Positions 11,995 to 26,200 of a stretch of DNA of 64,000 nt are shown in pieces. This DNA comes from Euprymna scolopes. Lineage: Eukaryota. A program made the translations under genes and the position numbers. Location of the stretch: assembly GCA_053919585.1 (NCBI GenBank), contig CM132799.1. One strand, given 5' to 3'. The notes beneath the pieces were generated by a model. It had not been told where the DNA came from, made no database searches, and saw only the letters and a program-made list of their open reading frames with translations. Within the stretch, counting starts at the first letter, position 1, and each line of letters begins with the position of its first letter.

Positions 11995-12787
11995 CTACCA
12001 GTCCAGCCAGGCTTTACCTGGACCCTATGTAGTGTTAGTAATTTTATGTGCACATGTATATATAAATTAAAATGTTTGACTCATATTCAGGTAAGCTACA
12101 TCGACAATTTCAAGTGTTTAGACGTAAACTTGGCGGAGGAGTTTGGTAGAGTCTTCAACGGTCAACTCTCTCAACTTTGACCGCTTTACAGGCCCAAAAA
12201 ACGAATAAAAAGTTTGCTGTCGGTCTGAATAAGTTATCTGTAAAATTTTAAAAGTTTACACCCAAAATTGGCTGAATAGTTTGCTAGAAACCGCACTTTT
12301 GATCTTTGACTCCTTTGCTATCAAATTTTCGGTCAAGCCCGAATAAAAAGCTGGCCTTTTATTTAAATTCACTCCATGTAAATTTTCAAATGTTTGGATC
12401 AAAAATTTCCTTGGTAATTTGGTAGAGACCGCAGAAGTAATTATTTTTAAATTCCACCCCAATTGTGACCTCCTAAACATTTATTATTTTGTGCTCGATT
12501 CAAATTTAAAGTTTGATCCATGTTCAACTACCCTACATCTAAAATTTAAGTGTTTAGATCACAATTGGCGGAGGAGTTTGGTAGAGTTTGTAATGGTGAA
12601 ATCGTTGAACATTTACCTCTTGACAGCCAAATTTCTGGCCGAAAACCGATTAAACAGATTTTTCAAAATCGCACAACTCTTTATGTCAAATCTCGAGTCT
12701 GTTGACTGAAAATGGATAGAGTAGTCTGGTATGGAAAAGTACACGCACATGCACACACTGACAATTGAACTTTTATAGATATATAGA
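11995..12787 (-). mobile_element. Non-autonomous Helitron, full length
   Basis: On the minus strand it starts A|TC(tatatatct) and ends GTAG|T (CTAG-like), with hairpin CCAGG-n5-CCTGG at 12007-12021 near the 3' end. Internal repeats of ttggcggaggagtttggtagagt. Related copies at ~1505 and ~57621/60668. Confidence 0.75.
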
Positions 12788-13224
12788 TACTGTATGGGCA
12801 TTTACATCTGTGCACTTTATTTTAAGCACAAGTTTCCTTTAAAATCTTATTATTCACCCAAAAGCACCTATTGAAATGCCACAGTAGTCGTTACGTTGCT
12901 AATAAATACTGTTGCAGATCATTTCCTGACTTGAGATATAAGTAGAAGATTTAGCTAATTTGATATCTTACCAAAATGTTCTTTTGTGATCGACTACTTA
13001 ATTTACTCACATAAAATTAATATACGAAAGTATAGATTTATGCGTAAACTTTAAGTATTTACTTCAAAGTGCGCAATACGTAGGTAGAGCTAGTTAGTAA
13101 TTTATAAAATATATATGGCCATTAAGCTACACTGAATATTCCGCGTTTCATCCACTCTAAAACTCTTCAGGCTTATACGCGAATTTTGTGGTTGTTTGTC
13201 GTTTTTATATGCGCATCTTCTATT

Positions 13225-13375
13225 GAGATTTGAGTTGCCAATCAGCTTTCTAGTATCCACCGCGCCCTTCCTATCAGCCAATTGGCACGCATTTATCGGA
13301 CAAATGCATATTTGACCTCTGGTTGACCTGTTCCTTTGTGTGTGTTCTATTTCGCCTAGATTTTAAGGTTAGTGT
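13225..13375 (+). promoter_or_regulatory. Candidate promoter/enhancer: two CCAAT boxes, perfect DR5 nuclear-receptor element, possible splice donor
   Basis: gccaatca (~13237), agccaattgg (~13276), TGACCT-ctggt-TGACCT (13313-13329) and aag|gttagt (~13365) in a locally CpG-richer patch. Confidence 0.3.
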
Positions 13376-13394
13376 TTTTTTATATGTGCATATA

Positions 13395-13439
<45 letters not shown>

Positions 13440-13444
<5 letters not shown>

Positions 13445-13662
13445 CATTAAAAAAATAAATAAATAAAAGTGCCTAGTTGAAGGTAATGGAATTAATGTTT
13501 TGGCCCAATTTTTCGATATTTGTCGCCCGATGGGTTGAGCTTCAAAATGATACTAATCTCGTGAGAATCCATCACCTTTGTCGAAAGTTTTAGGCAGACA
13601 TTTAAACAAACATATATACATGTATGCATACATTTAAACAGACAGGTGTTCTATATTATAAA
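13440..13662. mobile_element. Non-autonomous interspersed repeat (DINE/HINE-like), copy 2
   Basis: Aligns by eye with 1346-1500. Confidence 0.55.
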
Positions 13663-15135
13663 TGAGTACATCGTTACAGTAACGTTTATTATTTTTTCTA
13701 TTACAACATTAATACTTGTCTAGTGTATTTATGATTTTTATATATGACGGCAATTTTGATTCGTTAGTTATTCTAATGTACATCTAAAATCACGTTTGTG
13801 AAACTTATAGATAAAATAAACCACACGCTACATTTGAATTCATGGTAGTTTAGATTAGATTTCTTATCATGAAGCAAATATATATAGTAAGATGATAATG
13901 AGTATTTAGTTTTAGTGCATTGATTATCCTTAGTGAAAAATACTATAACTTGGTGTAATCTCTGCCAAATCTATATCATATGGAATATTGTCAATTAAAG
14001 AAAAACTTAATATTGTCTTCAGTATTTCTGATGAATGACATCCTTGATAAATTTTGATCAAAACGGTCATATTTTCTAGTTATATATCACAGCAATAGAC
14101 TTGAATCGAATAGAAAGGAAACCGTATCTACGACAATGGCATAAACCTTACTATACGACTTTTAGTTGGACATTAAATGTTGCCGTAATTGATGGTTACA
14201 TTGAATGTTAAAAAAAAACAATCGAAGCCGCATTGCATTAATAACAACAAATAAGACTCTCAAGCACAAATTGATATAACAAATTATACCCATACATAAT
14301 AACCAACTCTTAAGAATCCTCGGCTTAGCAAACACTGGCAACATCGATTAGAGATATATAGCTAAGTGCCAAAAGGGGGATTCTTCTGCCGTGCTTGAAA
14401 ATCATTCTTACTAGAGAGTAGCCTATATCTTTATAACGACAAAATTCGCTTATGTATTGAATGTTGTTACATCTGTGCTGCTAACTCTTGCCCTAGTCCA
14501 TTACGCTTCACCAGTTTCTAAAAAACCTCTGAAATCTTTCGATCACGCACTATCAGGCAATCTTCTACCTATGTCCAATTATTACAATGTTTCATCTCTA
14601 TGCATTTTAAAAGTAGTTTAAAAGAATGTCATCTAACGAAATCATAGTACTTTTGTCAGCCTAGAGGTAAATTCTCCCGACAAACAACAAAAATACAATC
14701 CAATATTATTGAGATCTCAAAATAGCAGAATTGTTTTTACTTAGACAGTTCACACTGTTCTGACTTTGAATTTGCATACAATTTCCTTCCTCACTACAGT
14801 ACTAACCTAGTGAAGATTACACGCAATACAAACTTACATACCCCTGAATAACTACTCATATTCTCGTCTTAAACACGATTCAAAGTACAATATGTCTTGT
14901 TTACAATGAAAAAGAGTAAAAATAGTTTGCTTTGGAATCATTTGAATAAAATGAGTATATATTTTTGAGTACAGAAATTGTAGTAAGGTTTTCCTATGAA
15001 TACATTATCTGAAATTGTTATATATCTCATTTATGCAAATTTTGTGTTAGTTTTCGTAATAATAGGACAGGAAGTATTGTTAAAAATGTAAATTTATAGT
15101 TTCGGATTCACAGAGAAAACAGACGAATTACAAAA

Positions 15136-15717
15136 TGCTATCACACGCGGCAGTACCACTGCGACAACTGCCAAATCAACTGGCCATGAACCTAAACTGG
15201 ACGACTAGGTTTACTCGACTCAACATGTAAAATACCGTTGACAGGGACCGAATCAGTACAGTTAACACGACCAGGCACGGCCAAAAACAATTCTGTTACA
15301 ATGGTCCGGCTCGATCCTGAAAAACTCACCTGGTAAGATCTCGAACACCTCCAGCGAGATTACGCGACACGATCCGAACAAAATTGCTGAAACGACCCGA
15401 CACGATTCCTAATAACTCAATCGAAACGAGCCGACACGATTCCGAATTTCTCCTTCGAAACAACAATGTACAGATTAGCCTCGACTATCACTCGCTGCAC
15501 AAAGCTGACGTCGGGTTTTATAGCCTTTGAACGAACTTATTTATACCGTCGGAATGTGGGAGTAAGACATCGACACATGATTCTGAAGTGCTTCCACGTA
15601 TGCTTGTTACAATTGGCATACTGCATAATATGCAAATATATGAATTTCTATTTATACACAAGTACAATATGGAGTCTGTATAGTCAGATCATTCAATGTT
15701 TAATAACATAATCATAT
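15136..15717 (-). mobile_element. LTR (family B), orphan
   Basis: Its reverse complement aligns with 33970-34372 (caattgtaacaagcatacgtggaagcac vs caatgtagcgaacatgcactgaagcac; ggctataaaa TATA; shared end ctgccRcgtgtRata). Ends ...TAGCA, with a PPT-like aagccggggg just upstream on the minus strand. Confidence 0.6.
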
Positions 15718-18700
15718 TACCCCCGGCTTAATCGTGAGTTTTCTGTTAGACTATTGAACAAATTGCATATGCGTAGTGTAAATTTTGTTAGTGCGTGCGT
15801 GGTTAGTTGTGCTAACAAAGAAATTATCGAGCCCCCCTTCTTACAGCGCAGGGCACATTCGAAATTTCCCAGCAATGAATATTAATCAAACGTTATATAG
15901 TGATATAATTAATGATTGTAAAGCGATCATCTTTTTCTTTTGCTTCGGTGCGAAAACAAAATATTAATTTGGTAATATATTTAGCATTGATACATATCAC
16001 ATGATATATACGCTACACATCTAACTAAGCATTGTATGATGTATAATGAATACTTTTTTATGTATTAAACCCATAGAAGCAATATATTATAATATATCGC
16101 TATATAATAGGTTATGAGGTGATCTGTACATATACATGCTTTTTGTTTAATTTTACTTCAGTCGAAGTTATCAGAAATAAGAAGGCCCACTTCCTGGAGA
16201 TAACACTTGAACTCTTGAAAGAGATACATATATATTTGAATGTTCCATTAAAGTTTTTATATCTCAAACACTGACTTTGTAAAAAAATATCCTTCCTCCC
16301 AATTAACAATTTTCATATGTTGTAGTATATCTTTCATTTTGGTCGCTTGGTTTTACAGGATTCCAGGACAAGAATTCTTCTAGTCTGGATGTGTATCCAG
16401 TTTTGTGTTATTACTTAGGTAACATCAGTTGACGGAGTTGCATCATTCCTCGTAAAAGCTAATATGAGTTGGCATAGTTAGGATATCTTATTTGAGAAGC
16501 GGATACTATGTGATTTTGAATATTTGGTCAGGGTTTTATTCTGGAGAAAAGTATCCTCATGCCAGTTTTTTCTGGCAAACCCTTGTACAAAGAGATCTTA
16601 GAGAATTGAGGTGTGTGTCTAATAGGCATGAAAGTCCCAATACATGCATGTATGGGAAATTAGGACAACGTAATTGCTTTGTCTAAAGACTATACATATA
16701 AAAATATCCGTGAAATCGTGTGCTTATGTATATCTTCTAGTTTACTGTGATGCTCCTTTCAATATTTTTTGTTTCACCCATATTAAATATATGGATGTGT
16801 AAAGTTGTACACACAATATATGGTATTGGTTTTGTGACGAATGGCTTTCGAACGTTTACATTTGAAGATGTTCTAATATGAAATTTTGTTTCGGGCCACG
16901 TGTGTGTGTTTTTTATTTTATATGGATACAAAATAAACTAGAATGCGAATTATTACGCTTGTGGTACCCTCTATGAGACTGATATTAAAACAATGCTTCT
17001 AATTAATTTCTGACAACACTTGGCAGCGGGATGCAGTCTGCCGAATGTAATCAACAACTATCGAAACAGAAGACGGCTTGTAGCTTTTGTGAGATGACGG
17101 ATGTGGTTTGTAACAATAGTCCACGTGTGCCCTTGTCGTTTTCTACTGACAAAAGACGCTTTGATAACATTGTTTTATTTCATATCCGAAGGCGCAATAC
17201 TGTTCTCTAAGAGAACAACCGAAAAGGAATTGAAGAAAAAACAAGATCAAAACAAATGGTATGAGGGCGTTTAATGCTTTCATTTCCGATGGGAACAAGA
17301 GAAAATCTAAACATAACATACAAAAGCAAATGAATGCTGCAATAAAAATGATTTTAACAAATGGAAATTAAAATAAATACAACGAACCAATTTTTTACAG
17401 AAGAAAATTTGCAAATTTGTCCTTGGATTTTTCTGTATGAAATTAGTGGAATTAACTTGATATATTTGAAACAAGATGTTTATCAATCTTTAAAATAAGT
17501 TAACTGCACATTTGCGTATTGGCATCAGTTAATTTCATTTTTTGTCTACAAGAGGGTAATAATGTAAATAGATATTATGGAAACAGAGATGTCCACGAAT
17601 TGAAGGATAAAATAAGAACTGATTTCCTGATCGTATCAAAAGCATTGTTTAAGATCAGCACACATATATGCATTTAATACATTATAAAATATCAGTTGGC
17701 TGTTTTGGAAAACTTAATTATTAGATACTACTCAATTCTGGGCGCTAAAACACATGTAAAATTAGTATTAGAATGAATATTATTTGTCCATTTTTCACGT
17801 TTCTCGATTCCAAACTAAAACAGTGTAATTTTCTTTATAAAATAACATGATTATCTTCTGGATGAAATTGCTAAATTTTTTTAGTCGTATTTTTTTTCAA
17901 ATTTTACATGCTCCAGTATTTCATCAGCAAAAATAAATATTAATTACATTGCAATAACGCTTCGCAAATAAAATATGTTTACAATCATGAAAAAAACTCG
18001 AAAATCACATGGAAATCACATGATGACTAAATAAAAATATTCCAGTGTGTGATGAAATGAGGTAGCGAGATTTTACTCAAATAAATTTCTTAGTAAAACA
18101 GAAACTTAATTACTGACATGTTTTTATTATAGAATATCGAAAATACGTTTGTAGAACACAATGCAAAAATGTGCTATAGTATATTTCAGCTTGCTTATTA
18201 ACATACGTTCATTATCACCCTTAAACTTCAGCCGAGGGTATTTCATGTTATTAAATGCCTTCCTTTAGACTTCTAAAGACACCAAACTAAATTGAAAACT
18301 TCCGCAATCCCTTTCTCTATTTCAGTTTTGTGTACTCTCCCAGATTCTCTTTCTCTCTTTGTTTTTATTTTCATGCGGAAATAAACTGTAATCAATTTAC
18401 ACTCAACATTAGACGACAATTTCGGTTGTCTACGAGTATATTCTTCATGAGAATTGTTTGTATTAAAAGAATAAGTATCGATTTGAAGTATATATTAAAA
18501 TCTAGTTTTGAAAAGATTTTCTGGTTAAATTAGGGTAGAATAAAATAATCCATGAAAGATTGTACAGGGTAAATGGGGGAAAACTCATCTTTCATGTTTT
18601 CTTGCATTAAGAATTGCTCGAAAAAAAAACAAGAATATATGATAATCACTAATTTTATTCGAGAAAGAGCAGAGTTACACAAACTATATGATAGAAAATA

Positions 18701-18974
18701 TTATTGTATCTCTGAACAGTTGGAACTCGTGTTTTCTGGATACTCTACAACAGTGTAGTAAATAATAGGCAATGAAAAATGTCCCCACTATCAAACATCC
18801 ATGAGGTTGTTTGCGCAGATACAAAGAAAGATAACATGCTTGCCAATCGTTGTTTTTTTTTTTCAAACTCTTCATTGAACCTAGCAAAGCACTTCTGCTC
18901 TGATTTTTCTTTTGTCGAACAGTAATCACACTAGATGCTTTGAACATTACCCTTTCTTTAGTGCATGATATCAT

Positions 18975-20370
18975 AAAACACTTAAACCCCTAAAAAGCAT
19001 TTCGACCTTATCTTATCCCGTCTCTACTATTAAAAATTGCCCGAGTTCTCTCCAAACTTTTCAAGAAATACGTTACCGAATCTTGCTTTCCTGACTGCCG
19101 AAAAACTGCTTCTGTTTTACCAGTCTACAAGAATTCTGGCAAAGAAACTACTCCATTAAATCATCGCCCCATTAGCCTTCTCCTTCTTTTCGAGAAAATA
19201 TTTGCGTCCGTAATTAATCAAATTCTAGTCCACCACATTACAATTCCTAGAATTCTGTTCGACAAACAACATAGATTTAGGAAAGCCTGTTCTACTGCAG
19301 ATACCCTTACTGTAATATCTGAACGTATATACAATGCACTGTATAAAGCAGGGGAAAGTATGGAAGTGGATCTAGTTATATCTAAGGCTTTTGATAGCGT
19401 ATGACATATATCAGAACAATGATATAAATGAGAGTGTACCTCCGGAAGCGATCATTTCACCTTTATTATTACTGATATTAATAAATAATATCCCTGATAA
19501 AATTGACATTGAAATTGGTATATGCCGATGCGAAAACGAATGAACATATATCTAAGGTCATGATGGAAACCTTAGTGGAAAACCTCACCTATGTAATGGA
19601 ACGGGGGCAGATATGAATGGTAACATTCAAGTTTACCAAGCTTTTTTCTTATAATCAAAAGAAACTTTCTCAACCATTAATATCAAGGTCTAATGATATA
19701 TTACCTGAAACTACACTATTCAAACTCCTCGGCTAAATATTCACGTGGAACTAAAGTTAGAACAGATGTATCGAGGGTATTGCTGCGTCTGCTACGGGGA
19801 AAGTGGTCTCTCTCTCTACCGCCCTAGAAATTTACCAAGGCCTGAACGTATCTTGTACGTTTACAAGGTCACCATCTGCCGATGTATGGAGTACTGCTTT
19901 CACAACTAGGCTGGTGCATCAACTACTAGCTACTCATCTCTTGAAGTGTTCAAAAGAGAGTCGCCAACCTAATATGCTTGAACTGTCAGCCCCATTGACT
20001 AAATATTGCACCAATCTGCTGTTTTACAAGTAATTTTATGGTAGATGACCCGACGGAATAAAAGCCCTCGTACCCCTCCGACATAAATACCCCCGACAAA
20101 GTAGCAAAATCACACCCTACACAGTAGAGATTCCCAGATGTCAGAAACTATTCTACTCTATAAGTTTCATCGCTAAAACAGCTAGACTTCAAAATTTTCT
20201 TCCGGGTCCCTGCTTCGCCGGCTATACTTACATGCAGAAGTTCAAGTGTAATGTAAACGGGCATCTTGCTGCTCAACTCCCTTTATATTATTTCTGTACT
20301 TATGTCCCAGATAGAAGTCCCCTATATTCAAGCGGCACTTACATATGTTTGGGGTGTAAATGCAATAAAA
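18975..20370 (+). mobile_element. Decayed 5'-truncated CR1-clade LINE (RT region to 3' tail)
   Basis: Motifs across frameshifts: CFPD..KTASVLPVYKNSG, HRPISLLP, STAD.LTVISERI, ISKAFDSV, MEYCFHN*AGAS, FKCNVN. Ends ...tgcaataaaa. Confidence 0.85.
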
Positions 20371-21317
20371 CGTCCATTGTGTGTGTACGCACACACACAT
20401 AAAAACATACAGATGCGACGTCCCTTTTACAATAGATAATAGAAATTGTATTTAACAATTTGTCTCGTGATTCCTACTGTAAACTAATAGAAAGAAATGT
20501 TTATTAAATATTCCAAATCTAGATGAAAGATGGATAGTGTGCGCCTCAAATCGGTATGAGCCAAATACTCTTCCTTAATCATGCTGTAAAGAATGTACAA
20601 AATGGCTGAAAGCCAATTTTTGTAAGTGGTTGGAACATCATCAATTCCTTGCCTTAAATTTATTCTTCGATTGCCACACGAGAATTAGATTCAAGTTCCA
20701 GACATTTGCCAGAAGCATTCAACAAACGAGTTCCTTGATATTAAACAGGATTCATATAAAATCGCGGAGCACATTGTGATGCACTTCAGATACAAATATT
20801 TGGAAATGAAGCAAATATTAAAATTATCATATAAAGGTAACAATTGAGAAAAGTTAATGCTGCCGCAATGAGACACCTTTACATACCAGCTGTGTCAATT
20901 CATACCATTTTGTTCTTTGTTGATTACAATGCTGAGTGCCGTAAATATCATGCTTAGCGATAAAAGGTAGTACTTGTATAAATGTGGATAAATGGTTAAA
21001 TAATTATGCATATAATTATGAACTTCGATGATGAGGTTTACTAATGATGAAGACCATGCTGATTTATATTAATCCTCTTTGATGTGTTACAAAATGACTT
21101 GTCTTCAGAGAACTTATTTAAATAGGATTCAAAACGACGATTTAATAGATTTTACAATGAATATTTTAAAGATGTAAATTTGGGAAAAATATATTCACCC
21201 CATTTAATTGAAAATTCCTTATCTTAATCAGTTTCGAAAAAGCTATCATCGATGGATTGAACTGAAATAAGGTTATTCATGCACATTTTGATCCGTGCTG
21301 AAATAACAAGTATATTA

Positions 21318-21523
21318 CAGGGTGACCGACAAAAACAAAAGCTAAATGGAAGCCGTCTAGAACAAATGCTGTAGAACGGGGGAAAAAGGGCAAAGACCCT
21401 AGTGTTTTGATGTGATGTTGTGAATATAATAAACTAGTTATGACCAAAGTTTCATTTCATTCGGACAAAACACTAAGAAACGGGACCTAATTAGAGTTGG
21501 GACCCGTTTTTGGGGTCACCCTG
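21318..21523. mobile_element. Tc1/mariner-type MITE (206 bp)
   Basis: TA|CAGGGTGACCgaCAAAAAC ... GTTTTTGgGGTCACCCTG|TA: terminal inverted repeats with a TA target duplication. Confidence 0.88.
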
Positions 21524-23259
21524 TATTTAAAATGCCATTCTTTACATGGGGAGCGGAAGGTGTTTTGTACCTATTCTATACTTTTACCTCTCAATTAAAT
21601 AAAAAACACCATAACACTTTAATTAAACTTGGAAATGCGATTTAAAAAATAGCGCGGATCATGCATTAACACCGAAATAAGTAAGTGATTTTTTTATACA
21701 ATTCATTTTAAAGAGTACATTGCCTATATTTACGAAATAGCATCATAAAATGATTGACTTGATTTGAAACAGTTTGTGATATTATCTCATTTGTAATTAT
21801 TTGAAATGGTTTGACTATAATCCAGTGTAGCATAATGATTGAGCTACAGAGAATGCTATGTGTTTCATTCGTGTGCGAATTAGTCAGGCTTAGATCTGAA
21901 AAGCGGAATATTCTGTGTAGCTTAATTGCCACATATATTTTCCTACTACCTATCTCTACCTATGTATTGAACATTGTTGAAGTAAATACTGAAAATTTAC
22001 ACATAAAATTATATCTTCGTATATTAATTTATGTGATTAAATGAGTAATCATGTATATATATATATATATTATCTGCTGAAAGTAGTTGCGTAAGTCCTC
22101 CTAAAGGACTTGTTCCTGTCTTTATATCGTGTCACTGGAAAGGTCACAAAAGAAAAACACCAATGCAAAAACTAATTATTAACCAAAAGCAACGAATATA
22201 TTTAAAAATTGTTTGCTGAGCAAAAGATGCTTGGGAAACGGTGTTGTGGGGACTTCATGTAAAATATATGAACTCCTCCAGAATGTATAACTTAACTGAG
22301 AGTTTTAACCCTCGGTGTGGTCAGGATACTTTCGTAGTCCGCCACCTTGTCTGAATGCACTACGAATGTTACGCCAAGTATGTTTTTTGTTTCTATATAT
22401 ATAATTAAGTATCAAACAAAATGTAAGTAAAAGATAAAGTAGCGTAGAGTGACGAATGGAAAGATATTGATCAGTTGTAAGAGTAGATGGATAGCTATTT
22501 AAAATCGTAGTATGCGTTGTTGCGTTTCTGAGAAACTCACTTGTTTTACTAAGGATTGGAATGGCAAGATGAGCAGATTGTGCGCAGCCCTATGCATTAT
22601 ACCAAACAAATTATTCGTCTCGTTTTTTTTAAAAAGAATAGCTATAGGGACTATAGTATTCGTTAATAGGTTTTATAATGGCCATGACTTTTCAATAGGA
22701 AGGTAATTCTTTGTAATTTAATCCATATTGGATTAAAAATTAAAATAATTTCTCGTTACAATTTAGCGTTATATATAATTATACATTTGAAACTGAGTTT
22801 GGTGATATTTTTTATTCATCCCCAGTAAGCAAAACGTATATTATAGCGTTCACATGTGTTAGAAAATATATTTAGGTTCAGACGCGTTAAAATACTCATT
22901 TTTATATTCTATTAAGGCATTGCTACGGAAAAATACTCCATTTTTACTACATTATTATATTCGTGAGAAAATGCAAACTATGTTTGGTTTCGCACGTTTA
23001 ATATCTGAAAATCAGTATTTTTTTATAAATATTATTAATAAACTACAAAAATACAATTTTTAAATATGTATTACTTTTTTTCAAAATCATAGAACATTTC
23101 AAATTTTTAAATGCCATCAGAAAAAATCGAAATACGAACAATTGTCCATATATTTCAGCGCAACAATAAGGAACTACACATTCTATTAATAAAGGCCGTG
23201 TTTCATATTAAACATGTAAATGAGCTAAAAGCATGTTATTTTCGCGCATGTCGAAACAC

Positions 23260-23293
<34 letters not shown>

Positions 23294-26200
23294 ATACATA
23301 CATACATACATACATACACGTATGATGATATAATAACATTGTCATGTAACTTAATTGTTTTTCTTTTTAACTGATTATATATATATATGTGTGTGTGTGT
23401 GTGTATGTGTGTGTGTGTGTTTGTTATTAGGCAAGTTTGTTCACATACGTCAGCATGGTTCTCCTGTCTTAAGTTTTCTCTTGAATTTCTGCCGCGATTT
23501 TTTTGTTTCAGTTGATAAATATTGTATTATTCAGCCAAATGATTTTTGTCAATTATTTCATCTCCAGCACTCTTGATCAATGAAGCTACAAAATAACCTA
23601 ATTAATCTCCCCGGTCAAACATGTTAACGATAGTCTCTTATCCAAGAATATACTCAACAAAAAAAAACTAGCAACCATTAAACAGCCTCTACTAAAAATG
23701 CTCCTAAAATAAAATACTTTTTAAAATCTATTCAACAGAGGAGGAACCCCCAACATTAACATAATTTATATCTTCCATGTATTTTACAAAGACAGCCCAT
23801 TCATCCTAACAAAGCCGAAGGGGTCAATGGTGTTTAAAACGGTGAAAGCAGCAGGGGGATCGAAATAACCTTAGGCAGCCCCTGTGGAGCGAAGTATTAA
23901 AATGTGGTAATAGAAAGCAGGCTCAAAACTGTGATGCGGAGGAGGAAAAGAAGCTGATGACAAAACAACCGTTTTACCTGATGCGCTCATCGCGAAACAA
24001 GAAGTTGTGAGCTTTAGCTTAAGGGTAATCAATCCAACGGAGACGATAACTTGTTAAAATGTCGACGAAAAAGAAATAAAAACTGTAAACTTGCCAAAAA
24101 ATACTGTCCAGTAGAGGGTGACCGAATTAATGTTTTTTAACCAATTTGTCGCTATTTATCGCCCAAGGGAGCCACCTGAAAAACGATATAAGTGTTGTCA
24201 TGTTTCCTAAGCGTCTATCTGACGCTTTGCGATACACGCAAGCTCACACACACATTTTGCCTTTTATAAATGGTTGGGACAAATCAATTTGTTACATTAT
24301 ACAAAATTTACAAATAGAGATTTACGAAAACGCTCAGCANNNNNNNNNNNNNNNNNNNNNNNNNNNNNNNNNNNNNNNNNNNNNNNNNNNNNNNNNNNNN
24401 NNNNNNNNNNNNNNNNNNNNNNNNNNNNNNNNNNNNNNNNNNNNNNNNNNNNNNNNNNNNNNNNNNNNNNNNNNNNNNNNNNNNNNNNNNNNNNNNNNNN
24501 NNNNNNNNNNNNNNNNNNNNNNNNNNNNNNNNNATTCATATGTTTCATACATATTCGTTGTTATATTAACCAATGTATGCTTTATTAAACCATCTTCACT
24601 ACCATGGCTTGTATTTACAGGGCTTGACTTATTTTCTTAAAGCATTTTATCAGTTGTCATGTTGTTGACAAAGATGTCGTCTTATAGTTATGCTCTGAAT
24701 TATTTTTGTATTTCATTCGATAATCCTGGGGAATGTACGTCTTCAAATTTGCGAGACTCGTTTTCAGCAAATTACGTATTTTCTTTTGTGTAGTCGTTTG
24801 CACATTACTAAATAAATAATATAGTAGTTGTATTGAGATAGCATACTGTATTCACTTCTAAAGTGGGTTCTCTCTCCTATAGTTTATTTAATCTTTTATA
24901 CAATAAACTTTGGTAGCTTTTAATGCCTGTCAACATGCACTATTTTCGTAGTAGCAACGAAGAGAGTAGTAGAATAATTTTTATTTTAAATAAATAATAA
25001 TTTTCAGCCATGTATTTTAAAGAAAATGCATAATATCTGTAGTTAAACATTTTAGTCGAACCAGTACAAACAGTTGGATTAAAATCATTCACAGCATAAT
25101 ACGTTTTTTGACAATGTGTCTTAAAACCTCTTAGTGTTCGACGTTTTTTTATATTAGTTGTGAAATAACACGAGATTATAATAAAGTAGCAGGAACTAAA
25201 GTTTTGTTCAAAAGAATGAAAAAAATTATTACAAAATAAAAGTAATGCATTCATTTTTTTTATTTCTTTTCTATACATCCCGAGTTTTATTTTTTTTTTC
25301 AAATTTATAACATTATAAAATCTATATTTTTGTGTGAAAATAATGTATATTTTGCCTACTCTAATCTGTTAATTCTTTCTCTGTTTTTTTCTTTTATCGG
25401 TTGTGACAGTAGGTTGGTTAAACGCACTTATGTTATAATCTAGGCCTATCACGCTTAAGCGTCTAGTAAAATAACTGTAGTCACGGTATTTCGTACTTTA
25501 AAAGTGTATCTACATAATCTGTCACACTTAACCGAAATCACGCTTCATTTAGAAAAAAAGAATTACAAAATAATGTCAACTGTGTATGTTGTTGTTTTTT
25601 TTATTTTGCTTAACTTTGCGAAGCTCTTTACTATTGTAAGTTTGTAAGCTCTCTCCCTCATAACAAGCTTTGAAATATTGTGTTAAGCGTGCAGTGGTAA
25701 TGCAGATAAATATATATTTGATGTACTTATATCTCGCTGTATTATTTCCAGATTTGTAAATTTAATGCAAGCCTTTATTTTTTTGCAGTTTCTCAACATT
25801 CTGCAATCGTTAAAAAAAACTACGTGGAATCCGTCCTTTTACATATTAGTATTTTTTTTACTAATTATGTGTTCATTTATTTCTCGTGTTAATGACATCC
25901 TAAAAATGTTTGCAATAATATCTATTTATAAATAGTTACACTTTGTGCTTAAAAGTTTAATAAAAAATATATGGAAAGAAAAACATTTCGATATCAAAAT
26001 TGATTGCTTTGGTAAGGGTAACATTTCTCAACTCTAATTGGTAATAAAACTGATGCTACAATTTAATTTTCGACTAAACGTTCAGAATGTTATATTATCG
26101 ATAGTACTATACTTTTATGTACCAGGCCATGCCAGGCATCCAAATTATATACTTATGGTACGTTAGTCTTATATTTATTACCTAATATTAATAAAACTTC

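Noticed and set aside
14150-14900. Possible old LINE remnant (LALVHYASPV-like motif)
   Set aside because: Only one weak motif; I could not assemble ordered domains.
20500-21300. Coding-looking stretch
   Set aside because: It has multiple stops and no motif I recognise, so I cannot assign it without a search.
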